Below, one piece after another: positions 27,823 through 38,162 of a stretch of 64,000 nucleotides of DNA. A program made the translations under genes and the position numbers. The DNA is from a bacterium. Its GTDB lineage: Bacteria; CAYTYR01; UBA6262. The stretch covers positions 1,026 to 65,025 of the forward strand of contig JAQTQE010000007.1 in assembly GCA_028712365.1 (NCBI GenBank), given 5' to 3'. The first letter of the stretch is position 1; each line of letters starts with the position of its first letter. The notes beneath the pieces were generated by a model. That model had not been told where the DNA came from and searched no databases. It worked only from the letters and a program-made list of their open reading frames with translations.

Positions 27823-28383
27823 CTATTTGACAGCCGGCGCCAAATGTGCCCGCCGGTTCTTGGCCCAGGCTTCTTCATTATGACCCGGATCAAGCGGTTT
27901 TTCTTTGCCGTAACTGATGGTGAAAATACGGGCTGAATTGATACCGGCCGCGATCAGGTAACTACGTACGGCAGAAGCTCTTTTCTGCCCGAGAGCCAGG
28001 TTGTATTCAACCGTACCCCGTTCATCCGCGTGTCCTTCGATCTGGACGACAACCTTGGGATTGCTCTTCAAGGTTTCCACGTTTTTAGCCAGTATATTCA
28101 TTGCCTCCTGGGTTAAAGTATATTGGTCATATCCAAAATAGACATCGTCCAGAGAAACGTTCATGACCCTGCTGAAATCTATCCCCCGGGCGCTTTGTTC
28201 TTCAGGGATAGCGCCTTCGTCCATGCTCCTATCATCTGTTTCCTTATCTTCAGCGGCTAATGCTTGGGCTCTTGTCCTGGCATCAGCCGAGGTTGGTTTT
28301 ACCGCTTTTTTAGCGCACCCTACCAACAAGAACAATATTAATAACCCCATGTAACCGAGCACAATTAACCTGCTTTTTTTCAT
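27823..28383 (-). CDS. pal: Peptidoglycan-associated lipoprotein (OmpA-family C-terminal domain).
   Basis: The signal is LLVGC. The OmpA_C motifs are VQIEGHADERGTVEYNLALGQKRA and YGKEKP. Confidence 0.85.
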   Translation of the reverse strand: MKKSRLIVLGYMGLLILFLLVGCAKKAVKPTSADARTRAQALAAEDKETDDRSMDEGAIPEEQSARGIDFSRVMNVSLDDVYFGYDQYTLTQEAMNILAKNVETLKSNPKVVVQIEGHADERGTVEYNLALGQKRASAVRSYLIAAGINSARIFTISYGKEKPLDPGHNEEAWAKNRRAHLAPAVK

Positions 28384-28425
28384 AACTTACCTCCTTATTT
28401 GTTCTATCTTACATTATACAACCGT

Positions 28426-31224
28426 CTAATTTAAAGTCAAGAACTGTTTCAGGTATTGCCCGGTATATGATCCCTGCTCCGCGGCTACTTCCTCCGGTGT
28501 GCCGGAAATGATCAATCGGCCGCCGGCGGCCCCGCCCTCTGGGCCCAGATCAATAATATGATCAGCGGTTTTAACTACATCCAGGTTATGTTCGATGATC
28601 AAGACCGTATTACCTTTATCCGTTAACCGGTGCAGCACATCCAACAAATTATGGATATCGGCAAAATGCAATCCAGTCGTTGGCTCGTCCAGGATATAGA
28701 TGGTCTTCCCGGTACTGCGCCGGCCCAACTCTGCCGCCAATTTAACCCGCTGCGCTTCGCCGCCGGATAAGGTGGTAGCTGATTGTCCCAGTTTAATATA
28801 ACCCAGCCCGACATCAAACAGGGACTGCAGGGGTTGTTGTATCTTGGGTACATTCTGGAAGAAAGCTAAAGCTTCTTCCACGGTCATATCCAGAACTTCA
28901 GCAATGTTTTTTCCTTTAAACTTGATCTCCAGGGTTTCCTGGTTGAAGCGCGCGCCCTGGCATTCTTCGCATTTAATATAAACATTAGGAAGAAATTGCA
29001 TCTCAATTTTAATAACCCCGTCTCCCTGGCAGGTTTCGCATCTTCCACCCTTGACATTAAAGCTGAAACGTCCTGGTTCATATCCCCTGACCCGGGCCTC
29101 AGGCAGTTTACTGAATAATTCCCTGATCGGGGTAAATACCCCGGTATAGGTAGCTGGATTAGAACGCGGGGTTCGTCCGATCGGGGACTGGTCCACCATG
29201 ATCACCTTATCTATCAGGTTCAGTCCCTTGATGGTCGTGAATTTCCCTGGTTTTTCTTTGGCCTGCCCTAACTTCTGGGCCAGGGCTTTATAAATAATTT
29301 CGTTGACCAGGGTGCTTTTGCCTGAGCCGCTCACTCCGGTGACGCAGACAAATAATCCTAACGGGATCTTGACATTAATATTTTTCAGGTTAAAATGACT
29401 GGCGCCGATTATTTCCAGGTACCGGTTGCCTGGGTTCCTTCTTTCTGCAGGTATGGGGATCTTTATTTTGCCGCTTAAATATTTGCCAGTGGGAGAATCA
29501 TCGCAGGCCAGGATATCCTGGAGCGATCCCTGGCAGACGATCCTGCCCCCGTGCTCTCCAGCCCCGGGACCCAGGTCCAGTATATGTTCCGCTCTTTTAA
29601 TAGTGTCCACATCATGTTCTACGATCAAAACAGTATTACCCAGCTTTTTTAATTCTTCCAAGCTATCTAATAAGCGTGCCGTATCGCGGGCGTGCAGGCC
29701 GATAGTCGGTTCATCCAGGACATATAACACCCCTACCAGTCCGGAACCGATCTGGGTAGCCAATTGTATGCGCTGCGCTTCTCCACCGGCCAAAGTACTG
29801 GTTTCCCTGGCCAAGGTAATATAGTCCAATCCGACATCCAATAAAAATTTCAGCCGGACCTTGATCTCCTTCAATATCTGCTGGCTGATCTTCTGTTCCT
29901 TCTCATTCAAGGGCAGGGTCTGGAAAAATTCCATACTCTCCTTGATAGATAATAAGACAAGGTCAGCGATCGATTTGTTCCTGATCTTCACGCTCAAAGC
30001 TTCCCGGCGCAGGCGCGCGCCTTTGCAGGCCGGGCAGGGATGGGTCATCATATATTTCTGGTAAATTTCTTCGCGTACAAAATCGCTTTCTGTCTCTTTG
30101 TAGCGCCGCTGCAGGTTAGTGATAACTCCCTCAAAAGTACCGGCGCCGTCACCATACAAAATAATATCCTGTTTTTCCGGAGAGAGTTTTTTGAAAGGCA
30201 CTTCCAGGGAGATCCCATATTTTTTCGAAACACCCGCCAATAGTCCAAAATACCAGTTATTCCAGGCCCCTTTCCAGCGGTGCCGCTTGGTCGTGATCGG
30301 CTGGCTCCACGGGACCAGTGCCCCGTCATATATGGACAAATCCCGGTTAGGGACTACCAGATCAGGATCCACTTCGATCTTATGTCCCAGTCCGGTACAC
30401 TCGGGACAAGCACCCTGCGGCGCATTGAATGAAAAAAACCGCGGCGTTATTTCCGGCAGGCTGATGCCGCATTTCTGGCAGGCATGATGCTCGCTATACA
30501 CCTGGTCTTGGCCAGTTATATTGATCACGACCACGCCCTGTCCTAGTTTCAACGCTGTTTCCACGGAATCAGCGATCCGGCTTTTTGATCCCTGGGATAC
30601 CTCTATCCGGTCCAGCAGCACCAGGATATCATGTTTTTTCTTTTTATCCAGTTTAATATCTTCTTCCAGGGCATATTGTTTGCCATCTATTCGGACCTTC
30701 AGGTATCCTTCTTTGCGGACTCGCTCAAACAAATCCCGGTACTCTCCCTTGCGGCCCTGGACCAGGGGAGCCAGGATCTGGACCTTGGTGCCAAAAGGCA
30801 ATTTATTGATCTGGGTAATGATCTGTTGGGCGGTTTGCGGTTGTATCGGCGAGCCGCACTGCGGACAAAAAGGTTTGCCGATACGGGCAAAAAGCAAACG
30901 CATATAGTCATAGATCTCCGTGGTAGTGCCGACGGTGGACCGGGGGTTGTGCGACATGGCTTTTTGCTGGATGGCAATGGCCGGGGACAAACCTTCGATA
31001 TAATCGAGGTCTGGCTTGTCCATTTGTTCCAGGAATTGGCGGGCATAAGCGCTTAATGATTCCACATAACGACGCTGGCCCTCGGCATAAATAGTATCGA
31101 ACGCCAGCGAAGATTTACCTGACCCGGACATCCCCGTGATCACGACCATCTGGTTGCGGGGTATTTCCACATCTATATTTTTTAGATTGTGCTCTCTGGC
31201 ACCTTTAATGATTATCTTATCCAT
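28426..31224 (-). CDS. uvrA: Excinuclease ABC subunit A.
   Basis: The N-terminus is [64 protein letters not shown]. There are two ABC ATPase modules, zinc-finger CxxC motifs and a length of 932 aa. Confidence 0.95.
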   Translation of the reverse strand: MDKIIIKGAREHNLKNIDVEIPRNQMVVITGMSGSGKSSLAFDTIYAEGQRRYVESLSAYARQFLEQMDKPDLDYIEGLSPAIAIQQKAMSHNPRSTVGTTTEIYDYMRLLFARIGKPFCPQCGSPIQPQTAQQIITQINKLPFGTKVQILAPLVQGRKGEYRDLFERVRKEGYLKVRIDGKQYALEEDIKLDKKKKHDILVLLDRIEVSQGSKSRIADSVETALKLGQGVVVINITGQDQVYSEHHACQKCGISLPEITPRFFSFNAPQGACPECTGLGHKIEVDPDLVVPNRDLSIYDGALVPWSQPITTKRHRWKGAWNNWYFGLLAGVSKKYGISLEVPFKKLSPEKQDIILYGDGAGTFEGVITNLQRRYKETESDFVREEIYQKYMMTHPCPACKGARLRREALSVKIRNKSIADLVLLSIKESMEFFQTLPLNEKEQKISQQILKEIKVRLKFLLDVGLDYITLARETSTLAGGEAQRIQLATQIGSGLVGVLYVLDEPTIGLHARDTARLLDSLEELKKLGNTVLIVEHDVDTIKRAEHILDLGPGAGEHGGRIVCQGSLQDILACDDSPTGKYLSGKIKIPIPAERRNPGNRYLEIIGASHFNLKNINVKIPLGLFVCVTGVSGSGKSTLVNEIIYKALAQKLGQAKEKPGKFTTIKGLNLIDKVIMVDQSPIGRTPRSNPATYTGVFTPIRELFSKLPEARVRGYEPGRFSFNVKGGRCETCQGDGVIKIEMQFLPNVYIKCEECQGARFNQETLEIKFKGKNIAEVLDMTVEEALAFFQNVPKIQQPLQSLFDVGLGYIKLGQSATTLSGGEAQRVKLAAELGRRSTGKTIYILDEPTTGLHFADIHNLLDVLHRLTDKGNTVLIIEHNLDVVKTADHIIDLGPEGGAAGGRLIISGTPEEVAAEQGSYTGQYLKQFLTLN

Positions 31225-31365
31225 ATATCACCTTTAAAATTTCTAAATCCTAAGCCCTAAATCCTAAACAAATTCCAAGCCCTAAATTCAAATTTTCAAA
31301 ATACCGCGACATTTGAATTTTGAACATTTGAAATTGTTTAGAGTTTAGATATTAGGATTTCGGAT
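31225..31365. repeat. Family B palindromic repeat, the longest copy.
   Basis: ...CTAAATCCTAAGCCCTAAATCCTAAACAAATTCCAAGCCCTAAATTCAAATTTTCAAAA ... TTTGAATTTTGAACATTTGAAATTGTTTAGAGTTTAGATATTAGGATTTCGGATTTAAG. It lies between uvrA and the response regulator. Confidence 0.6.
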
Positions 31366-32145
31366 TTAAGCCTTCCCTATCAGTTCTTCGATCTTTTTCA
31401 GTAACTGGTCCGGTTCAAAGGGCTTGGTCATATACGCGTCAGCCCCTAATTGCTGTCCCAAATTGCGGGATTCCTCAGCGCTACGGGCCGTTAACATGAC
31501 GATCGGTATCTTCTTATAATTATTATCGAATTTAAGCATCCGGCATACTTTAAATCCATCTATCACCGGCAAGACCAGGTCCAGGAGGATCAAGTTGGGA
31601 TTGACCTTGTGTACCAACTCTAAACCAGCTTTGCCGTCGTGAGCCATAAATACGCTGTAGCCATTGGCTTCCAGCCTGATTTTCAGCATCCTGGCAATAG
31701 GCACCTCATCATCCACCACTACGATCTTTTTACGATTATCAGTCTCCGCCGGCGCCTGCTTGGCCTGGAACTCAGCCAGTAACTGCCGGGTCATGTACAC
31801 AATAATATCCGCGGCCGCCGGTTTTTTAATATATTTGGTGACGCCCAGGGTCATCGCTTCCAATAAAGCGTCTCTTTCAGTTTCATCGGATAATATCAGG
31901 ATGGGCCAACCTTTGGTGCGTTCATTCGTTTTTAGCCGCCGGACAAACTCCACCATGCTGACGATCAGTATCTTATCATCGATCACTACCGCGTCAAAAG
32001 TGCGCTCAGCGGTCATGACCTCATAAAGGCCTCTCTTGCCGTCACCGCACAAAGTTACCTCAAAATTATCCACGCTGAACTTGGTTTTAAGTTCTTCCCC
32101 CAGCTCATAATTATCACTAATGATCAAAACACTTTTATCCGCCAT
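31366..32145 (-). CDS. Response regulator with two receiver domains. The first is atypical and the second canonical.
   Basis: REC2 shows VVVDDE...ILLDLVLPVIDGF...TKPF. REC1 lacks the usual acidic pair (IISDN). Confidence 0.7.
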   Translation of the reverse strand: MADKSVLIISDNYELGEELKTKFSVDNFEVTLCGDGKRGLYEVMTAERTFDAVVIDDKILIVSMVEFVRRLKTNERTKGWPILILSDETERDALLEAMTLGVTKYIKKPAAADIIVYMTRQLLAEFQAKQAPAETDNRKKIVVVDDEVPIARMLKIRLEANGYSVFMAHDGKAGLELVHKVNPNLILLDLVLPVIDGFKVCRMLKFDNNYKKIPIVMLTARSAEESRNLGQQLGADAYMTKPFEPDQLLKKIEELIGKA

Positions 32146-32159
32146 TGCTCAACCTCTGG

Positions 32160-32278
32160 AACTTAGTCTATGGGTATAAGTTGTGGAAGTAGGTATAGAA
32201 CTAAGTCTGAAGTTTTTGGGTCAAAACCAATTCCCTTAGACTTTAGACCAAACTTACTTCCAAAACTTTCAACTTACT
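32160..32278. repeat. Family A palindromic repeat, copy 2. It is a full hairpin element.
   Basis: The left arm GTATAAGTTGTGGAAGTAGGTATAGAACTAAGTCT pairs with the right arm AGACTTTAGACCAAACTTACTTCCAAAACTTTCAACTTAC. It lies between the two response-regulator genes. Confidence 0.65.
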
Positions 32279-32650
32279 TCATTTTAAGAGCTTTCGTATC
32301 TTTTCCATTAATATTTCCGGTTCAAAAGGTTTGGGCATATAATCATCCGCGCCGGCTATCACTCCCAGGTCAGTGGCTTTTTCTTCCGCTTTTACCGACA
32401 ACATCAAGACCGGGATGCTTTTAAAAACCGGATCATCCTTTAACTTGCGGCATACTTCAAAACCATCCATCTTCGGCATCATAACATCCAGGATGATCAA
32501 GTCAGGTTGACTTTGCTGTACCTTAGCCAGGCCTTCCAGACCGTCATTGGCTACGTCTGCTTCATAACCTGATGCTTCCATCCGGATCTTCAGCATCCTG
32601 GCGATCTGCTTTTCATCATCAACAATGAGTATCTTTTTTTTCACAACCAA
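32279..32650 (-). CDS. Single-domain CheY-like response regulator.
   Basis: ILIVDDE...LIILDVMMPKMDGF...MPKPF motifs are present. Confidence 0.8.
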   Translation of the reverse strand: MVVKKKILIVDDEKQIARMLKIRMEASGYEADVANDGLEGLAKVQQSQPDLIILDVMMPKMDGFEVCRKLKDDPVFKSIPVLMLSVKAEEKATDLGVIAGADDYMPKPFEPEILMEKIRKLLK

Positions 32651-32664
32651 TTAATCCTTAGGAC

Positions 32665-34107
32665 TCACAAGGGGCGGTCTTGTAAGTTATTATGGGCTGA
32701 TTCCAATAGTTCTTTTGGCTTATCGCTATTATCCGGATAAGTGGTCCGTCCTATCTTGAGCCATGGTTTCTTTTCTTTTATCCGTAATTCAGCCCTGGAC
32801 AGTGATTCAATGATCCTGTGTTCCACGGCTTTGACTCCTTCCGCGTTCGCTTCCGGCAAAATAATGATCACTTCTTCACCCTCGATGATCACTTTATCAT
32901 ATGGCCGGCGCACCGTCCGGCTGATGAGCTGTTCCAGTTTTTTCAACTCCATTTCTATCTCAAACCCAGCCAGGTCCTTAAAATTATCCACCTTGATGAC
33001 CAGTATAGAAAACTTGGATTGGTAAATAAAAGCGGTCTTGATCACTTCTTCCAGCACTAACGTCAGGTAGTTCTTATGCTGGCGCTCTTCCAGGAATAAC
33101 TCATCTTCCGGCTTGATCTTGATCTCAGATTCTTTCTGTCCGGAATAACGAGGCAAAGTAAAAATAAATCTACTGCCTTTGCCCAATTCACTTTGCACGG
33201 AAATCTTGCCCCCATGGGCTTCTACCAGGCTCTTGGCAATAGACAATCCCAAACCACTACCGCCGCTCTGCCTGGTAAGATGAGAGCCAATTTGGTAAAA
33301 TTTTTCAAAGATCCTTTCCACCTCATCTTTAGGGATACCTAATCCGGTATCAGCCACACTTACTGCCACATAGCTAATATCAGCCTGGTCAGGTTCATTT
33401 ATTGTTTCTTTTTCAGCTACTGCTATTGTGATCCTACCACCCTCATTGGTAAATTTAAGGGCATTGTCTATCAGGTTGGTCACGATCTGGGTGATCTTAT
33501 CCGGATCGCCAAAGACCCTGGGCAATTCCCGGGGAATATCAAATTCCAAACCTATTTTTTTCTCCTGCATAGAAGCTTTATAACTATCTCTCAAATTTTC
33601 CAGCAGTTTGTTTATATCTACTTCCCTTTTAGCCAGCCGCAGCCTGCCAGCCTCGATACGGCTGACATCCAACAGGTCGCTGATCAGGCGCCCTAAACGA
33701 CTGGCCCCATCCAGAGCCATATTCAGGCATTCCTTTTGCGTCTCGTTAGTCGGTCCGGCTGTGCCATCCAGGTTCAGCCTAATGCCTTCTTTTATAATAG
33801 TCAATGGCGTGCGTAATTCATGGCTGACCATGGAAACGAATTCGCTTTTGGTCTGGTTCAGGCGCCGTAATTCATTCGTTTGCTGGTTAAGCCGTTCATA
33901 AGCAAAACTCAATTCATCATTGGCCGCCAGCAATTCAGACTGGGCAGCCTGTAATTCCTGCTGGCTGATCGTCAATTCTTTATTCTTTATCTCACACAGG
34001 GTATCGCTTTGGCGTTTACCCCAATAACCGATAGCCAGCAGGATCACCACTGCCAGCATCAGCAACACAAAGACAATCAGCAAATAAACATTGACCGGTA
34101 TATTCAC
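32665..34107 (-). CDS. Sensor histidine kinase with a C-terminal degenerate GGDEF-like domain.
   Basis: It has an N-terminal TM, a coiled coil, the H-box SHELRTPLT and the HATPase motif [19 protein letters not shown]. The roughly 150-aa tail aligns to GGDEF ([13 protein letters not shown]...[21 protein letters not shown]...ERI), but GG[DE]EF is replaced by EGEEV. Confidence 0.75.
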   Translation of the reverse strand: MNIPVNVYLLIVFVLLMLAVVILLAIGYWGKRQSDTLCEIKNKELTISQQELQAAQSELLAANDELSFAYERLNQQTNELRRLNQTKSEFVSMVSHELRTPLTIIKEGIRLNLDGTAGPTNETQKECLNMALDGASRLGRLISDLLDVSRIEAGRLRLAKREVDINKLLENLRDSYKASMQEKKIGLEFDIPRELPRVFGDPDKITQIVTNLIDNALKFTNEGGRITIAVAEKETINEPDQADISYVAVSVADTGLGIPKDEVERIFEKFYQIGSHLTRQSGGSGLGLSIAKSLVEAHGGKISVQSELGKGSRFIFTLPRYSGQKESEIKIKPEDELFLEERQHKNYLTLVLEEVIKTAFIYQSKFSILVIKVDNFKDLAGFEIEMELKKLEQLISRTVRRPYDKVIIEGEEVIIILPEANAEGVKAVEHRIIESLSRAELRIKEKKPWLKIGRTTYPDNSDKPKELLESAHNNLQDRPL

Positions 34108-34134
34108 CCACTACTCCTAATTAAATTCCTTGTC

Positions 34135-35730
34135 CTAGAGGCTGAGAAGCGTGTCTTTTTGCCATTGTAAATCATTTCTCTCGGGATAGTCAATAGTATA
34201 ATGCAAACCACGGCTCTCTTTGCGCTTGATAGCTGATTTGATGATAATTTCCGCTACCGTAGCGATATTGCGCAATTCCAGCAGATCGCTCGTGACAATA
34301 AAGTTCCAGTAATAATCGGCGATCTCTTTCTGCAGGAGGTCGATCCGGCGTTTAGCCCTGGCCAGACGTTTTTCCGAACGGACGATGCCGACATAGTTCC
34401 ACATTAGCCGCCGGATCTCATCCCAATTATGCGTGACCATGATCGATTCATCACTTTTCACGGCTTTACCGATATCCCAGGACTTGACCCGGGGAAAAGA
34501 AACCTTGTTCTGTACATCCAGGATCGCGTCTTGCGACGCATTATGCGCGTAAACCATGGCTTCCAGCAAAGAATTGCTGGCTAAGCGGTTAGCGCCATGC
34601 AAACCGGTATGCGCCACTTCCCCGATAGCATACAGCCGGTCAATCGTTGTCCGGCCATTAACATCAGTCATGATGCCACCGCACATATAATGAGCCGCCG
34701 GAGCCACAGGGATAGGCTGTCTGGTCATATCTATGCCAAAAGACCGGCATTTTTTGTAAATATTAGGAAATCTTTTTTTAACATACGCGGCTGATTTATG
34801 AGTAATATCCAAATAGACACATTCATCACCGGTTCGTTTCATTTCCGCGTCGATCGCCCTGGCTACTACGTCACGCGGCGCCAGATCCTTCAACGGATGA
34901 TATTTTTTCATGAACGCAGTTCCGTCCTTCAACCGCAAAATACCGCCTTCGCCGCGCACTGATTCGCTCACCAGGAATGATTTGGCCTGGGGATGATATA
35001 AACAAGTCGGGTGAAACTGCATGAACTCCATATTGGCGACTTTTGCTCCCGCGCGATAAGCCATAGCCACACCATCTCCGGTGGCTGTATCAGGATTACT
35101 CGTCAGTAAATATACCTTTCCCGCGCCACCGGTAGCCAACACAGTTATTTTGGACAAAAACGTAATGACTGCTTTTCTTTTAACATCCAGGACATACGCT
35201 CCCCAGCAAGTATGGACATTTGAATTCTTGATCAGGTTAATGGCTATATGATCTTCAAAAATACTGATATTCTTTTCCCGTTTGACCCGGTCTAATAATT
35301 TTTCTTCGATCTCCCGGCCGGTCAAATCCTGGGCATGTACAATACGGCGTTTAGAATGTCCGCCTTCCCTGGTCAGGTCTAAATGCTCAGCGTCTTTATC
35401 CCAGCGGGTAAATTTTACGCCATAGGTTAAGAGTTCACGAATGCGCGCTGGCGCGCTCTTGACGACCATGGCCACGACATCAGGATGACATAACCCGTCC
35501 CCGGCGATCAAAGTATCTTTTATATGCATTTGGAACGAGTCTTCACTGCTCAGAACTGCCGCGATCCCACCCTGGGCATAAAAGGTGGAAGATTCAGTAG
35601 CCTGTTTCTTGGTAATAATAGCCACCTTGCCATACGGAGCCACTTTCAGGGCAAATGAAAGCCCCGCCACCCCGCTGCCAATGACGAGAAAATCAAACTG
35701 TACTTGTTTATGGATTAGTTTTTTGCTCAT
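34135..35730 (-). CDS. nadB: L-aspartate oxidase.
   Basis: FAD-binding motifs [12 protein letters not shown] and [10 protein letters not shown] are present. The C-terminal capping domain is present. Confidence 0.9.
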   Translation of the reverse strand: MSKKLIHKQVQFDFLVIGSGVAGLSFALKVAPYGKVAIITKKQATESSTFYAQGGIAAVLSSEDSFQMHIKDTLIAGDGLCHPDVVAMVVKSAPARIRELLTYGVKFTRWDKDAEHLDLTREGGHSKRRIVHAQDLTGREIEEKLLDRVKREKNISIFEDHIAINLIKNSNVHTCWGAYVLDVKRKAVITFLSKITVLATGGAGKVYLLTSNPDTATGDGVAMAYRAGAKVANMEFMQFHPTCLYHPQAKSFLVSESVRGEGGILRLKDGTAFMKKYHPLKDLAPRDVVARAIDAEMKRTGDECVYLDITHKSAAYVKKRFPNIYKKCRSFGIDMTRQPIPVAPAAHYMCGGIMTDVNGRTTIDRLYAIGEVAHTGLHGANRLASNSLLEAMVYAHNASQDAILDVQNKVSFPRVKSWDIGKAVKSDESIMVTHNWDEIRRLMWNYVGIVRSEKRLARAKRRIDLLQKEIADYYWNFIVTSDLLELRNIATVAEIIIKSAIKRKESRGLHYTIDYPERNDLQWQKDTLLSL

Positions 35731-36665
35731 CCTATCACCATATTGTCGATCAGCCTTGTTTTGCCAACATAAACAGCCAGGGCGATCACAACTTTACCTT
35801 TTATCAACTTAACTGGTTCAAGAGTTTCTGTATCTACGATCTCAATATAATCAATCCTTCGACTTCCCCGGGGTATGCTCAGGATTAATACTGAGCGGCG
35901 CTTTTGACTGCGGCCTAAATGCCGCAGCTTAGCGCCGTCGAATGTATCAACTTTGGCTAGCAAATTACTTTCTAAAATATTCCTGATCTCTTTTTTGATC
36001 TTACCAGCTTCTTTGATCCTGCTTTTGATCATAGCCTTGGCAACTTTAAGAGCTTCATACAAACAAGTCGCTGACTTTCTTTCCTCAGGGCTTAAATACT
36101 GGTTGCGCGAGCTCATGGCTAAACCGTCTTGCTCGCGAATGATCGGACAGGTTACGACTTGTACCGCTATGTTTAAATCCCGCACCATCTGCTTAATGAC
36201 TTGCACCTGCTGGTAATCTTTTTGCCCGAAATAGGCTTTATCCGCCGGCACCGCGTTAAATAATTTATTCACGACTGTGGCTACGCCGCGGAAATGCCCG
36301 GGACGCGAAGCACCGCACAATCCCTGGGTTATTTTGCCCACTTCCACATAAGTATGATATCCTGCAGGGTACATTTCTTCTACGCTGGGATTGAAGATCA
36401 CACTTGCTCCGGCACTCTTAGCCAACCGCGCATCTTTGGCAAATGGCCTCGGATATTTTTTAAAGTCTTCTTTTGGGCCGAATTGGGTGGGATTGACAAA
36501 AATACTCACCACCACCACATCATTTTCTTTCTTGGCCTGGCGGATCAGGCTGAGATGCCCTTCGTGCAGCGCTCCCATCGTCGGCACAAACCCCACGGTT
36601 TTGCCAGTCTTACGCTGCCGCTGTATATACTTTTGCATTTTATTAACGGTTTTGATTATTAACAT
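35727..36665 (-). CDS. panC: Pantoate--beta-alanine ligase.
   Basis: [18 protein letters not shown] (HIGH-type) and [11 protein letters not shown] motifs are present. Confidence 0.85.
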   Translation of the reverse strand: MLIIKTVNKMQKYIQRQRKTGKTVGFVPTMGALHEGHLSLIRQAKKENDVVVVSIFVNPTQFGPKEDFKKYPRPFAKDARLAKSAGASVIFNPSVEEMYPAGYHTYVEVGKITQGLCGASRPGHFRGVATVVNKLFNAVPADKAYFGQKDYQQVQVIKQMVRDLNIAVQVVTCPIIREQDGLAMSSRNQYLSPEERKSATCLYEALKVAKAMIKSRIKEAGKIKKEIRNILESNLLAKVDTFDGAKLRHLGRSQKRRSVLILSIPRGSRRIDYIEIVDTETLEPVKLIKGKVVIALAVYVGKTRLIDNMVIG

Positions 36666-36687
36666 ATATTCCTTGTTGAGGAGCTGT

Positions 36688-36797
36688 TATTAGGTATAAG
36701 TTTTGGAAGTAAGTTTAGTCATAGGTCTTAGGAAGTTTGGCTTAAAACCTTAAAACCTACTTCCTACTTCCATACCTACTTCCACAACCTTCACCCT
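36688..36797. repeat. Family A palindromic repeat, copy 3.
   Basis: The left arm GGTATAAGTTTTGGAAGTAAGTTTAGTCATAGGTCTTAGGAAGT pairs with the right arm ACCTACTTCCTACTTCCATACCTACTTCCACAACC. It lies between the hydrolase and panC. Confidence 0.65.
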
Positions 36798-36798
36798 A

Positions 36799-37689
36799 TT
36801 ATAAGTACTTATCAAAAAAGGCGATGACCTTTTCTTCATACTCTCTTGGCCACAAGCCATGCGCCTCCAAATGATCCGCCTCTGGCGCTATCCACAACTG
36901 CCTCGGCTCACCCGCCGCTTTAAACAAATCATCCTGATTCACCGGCGGTATCCGCACATCATTGGCGCCGCCAATAATAAAGACTGCCCGCGGGGAGATA
37001 TGGCCAATATATTTTGTGGCATCAGCTTTCCTGGCGCTAAATCCTGCCCGCAGTTCTGCGAACCATATAGCCGGCGGTACAAATGGATACTTCGGCAGGT
37101 TATAAAACAACTTGGCAAATTTGGTAATTGTCTTTTCAAAAGAAGCAAAACCACTGTCTGCCACTATTGCTTTTATCCGCGGATCATTAGCCGCCCCAAT
37201 TATGGCCACATTAGCTCCCATGGAGCAGCCAAGCACGCCTATCTTGTTTTGGTCAATATCCTTGCGAGTCATTAAGTAATTCACCGCGCCAGCCAGGTCC
37301 CTGGTCTCGTTATAGCCCAAGGTACATTTCCCCTTAGTCTGCCCATGAGCCCGGAAATCAAACACTAGGACATTATATTTATGGTGGTGCAGCATTTCCG
37401 CGAAAGTCAGAATATCGCTCTTATTGGTGCCATAGCCATGCAGAACTATAACCGTAGGCTTAGTGTTGTCACCCGGGATAAAAAAACCAATGGTTTGGAT
37501 GCCATCGGTAGAAGAAAAGGTCACGTCTTCATAAGACATATTCAATTCTGAAGGTTTAGTGTCCAGATCATACCGTGGCGGGGTTAAGATAAGCCGCGAA
37601 GCCCCCCACCCCCATATTATCGTCACAGCAACGATAATCACTACTATAGAAGTCCAAACAGGAACATGTATGTTAAAATAGTTAGTCAT
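36799..37689 (-). CDS. Alpha/beta-hydrolase (dienelactone-hydrolase/peptidase S9-like) with an N-terminal membrane anchor.
   Basis: It has an N-terminal TM. The nucleophile elbow is GCSMGA. The Ser-Asp-His order is GGANDVRIP...ADHLEAH. Confidence 0.75.
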   Translation of the reverse strand: MTNYFNIHVPVWTSIVVIIVAVTIIWGWGASRLILTPPRYDLDTKPSELNMSYEDVTFSSTDGIQTIGFFIPGDNTKPTVIVLHGYGTNKSDILTFAEMLHHHKYNVLVFDFRAHGQTKGKCTLGYNETRDLAGAVNYLMTRKDIDQNKIGVLGCSMGANVAIIGAANDPRIKAIVADSGFASFEKTITKFAKLFYNLPKYPFVPPAIWFAELRAGFSARKADATKYIGHISPRAVFIIGGANDVRIPPVNQDDLFKAAGEPRQLWIAPEADHLEAHGLWPREYEEKVIAFFDKYL

Positions 37690-38162
37690 ATAATTAATAC
37701 TGATTACTCGTATTATAAAATGTTTTACCGGGGTCCTGTCTCGGGTTGATTTTACAGGGACGTTTGCTCCACCCAGCGGTTACGCTGCACTTTAGTTCAG
37801 CTTTTGCTCGTCCCGATAAAGAACATCGGGACACCGTGCTCGCAAAAGCATCAATAACCCTGGCAAAAATCAAACCCTCGCCACCCCCAGCTACTGTGAT
37901 AATAATAACAGCAACCATATAAATCAGGGAACTCGTCATTATTTTGAGCGAGCTTGTCGGTTTCAGCCAAAGCACGCTTGCAGACAACGAGGGCATCTGT
38001 TGGTTGCTGGATGCCGAGGCATGTTTGAGCCCTGTGGGCGAGTTGCGAGGCACCGAGTTGTCAAAAGACCTTTGGCGCAGGATCCGCCAAGGGCGGATAT
38101 GGAAACCGACACTGGAGTGAACAAATAGTGACAGTTACCTGATATACGGAGAAGTTATTTTA

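Noticed and set aside
31225-31365. A CRISPR-like appearance from regularly recurring CCTAAAT/CCCTAAAT units.
   Set aside because: The units are 7-9 nt with irregular 5-20-nt spacing and form inverted, not direct, repeats. No cas genes are present. This is better explained as the palindromic intergenic repeat family B.
37694-38053. The 119-aa minus-strand ORF MPRNSPTGLKHASASS…
   Set aside because: It is Ser-rich and low-complexity, has no recognisable domain and sits in an atypical-GC stretch. It is probably not a real gene.
37690-38162. RNase P RNA (type A) in the GC-rich gap.
   Set aside because: Only loose 3'-end resemblance was found (GAGCAAACGUCC, ACAGGACCCCGG). The conserved P4 5' strand GGAAAGUCCGGGCUCC and the P10-12 motifs are absent on either strand. 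It is left as an unexplained region.
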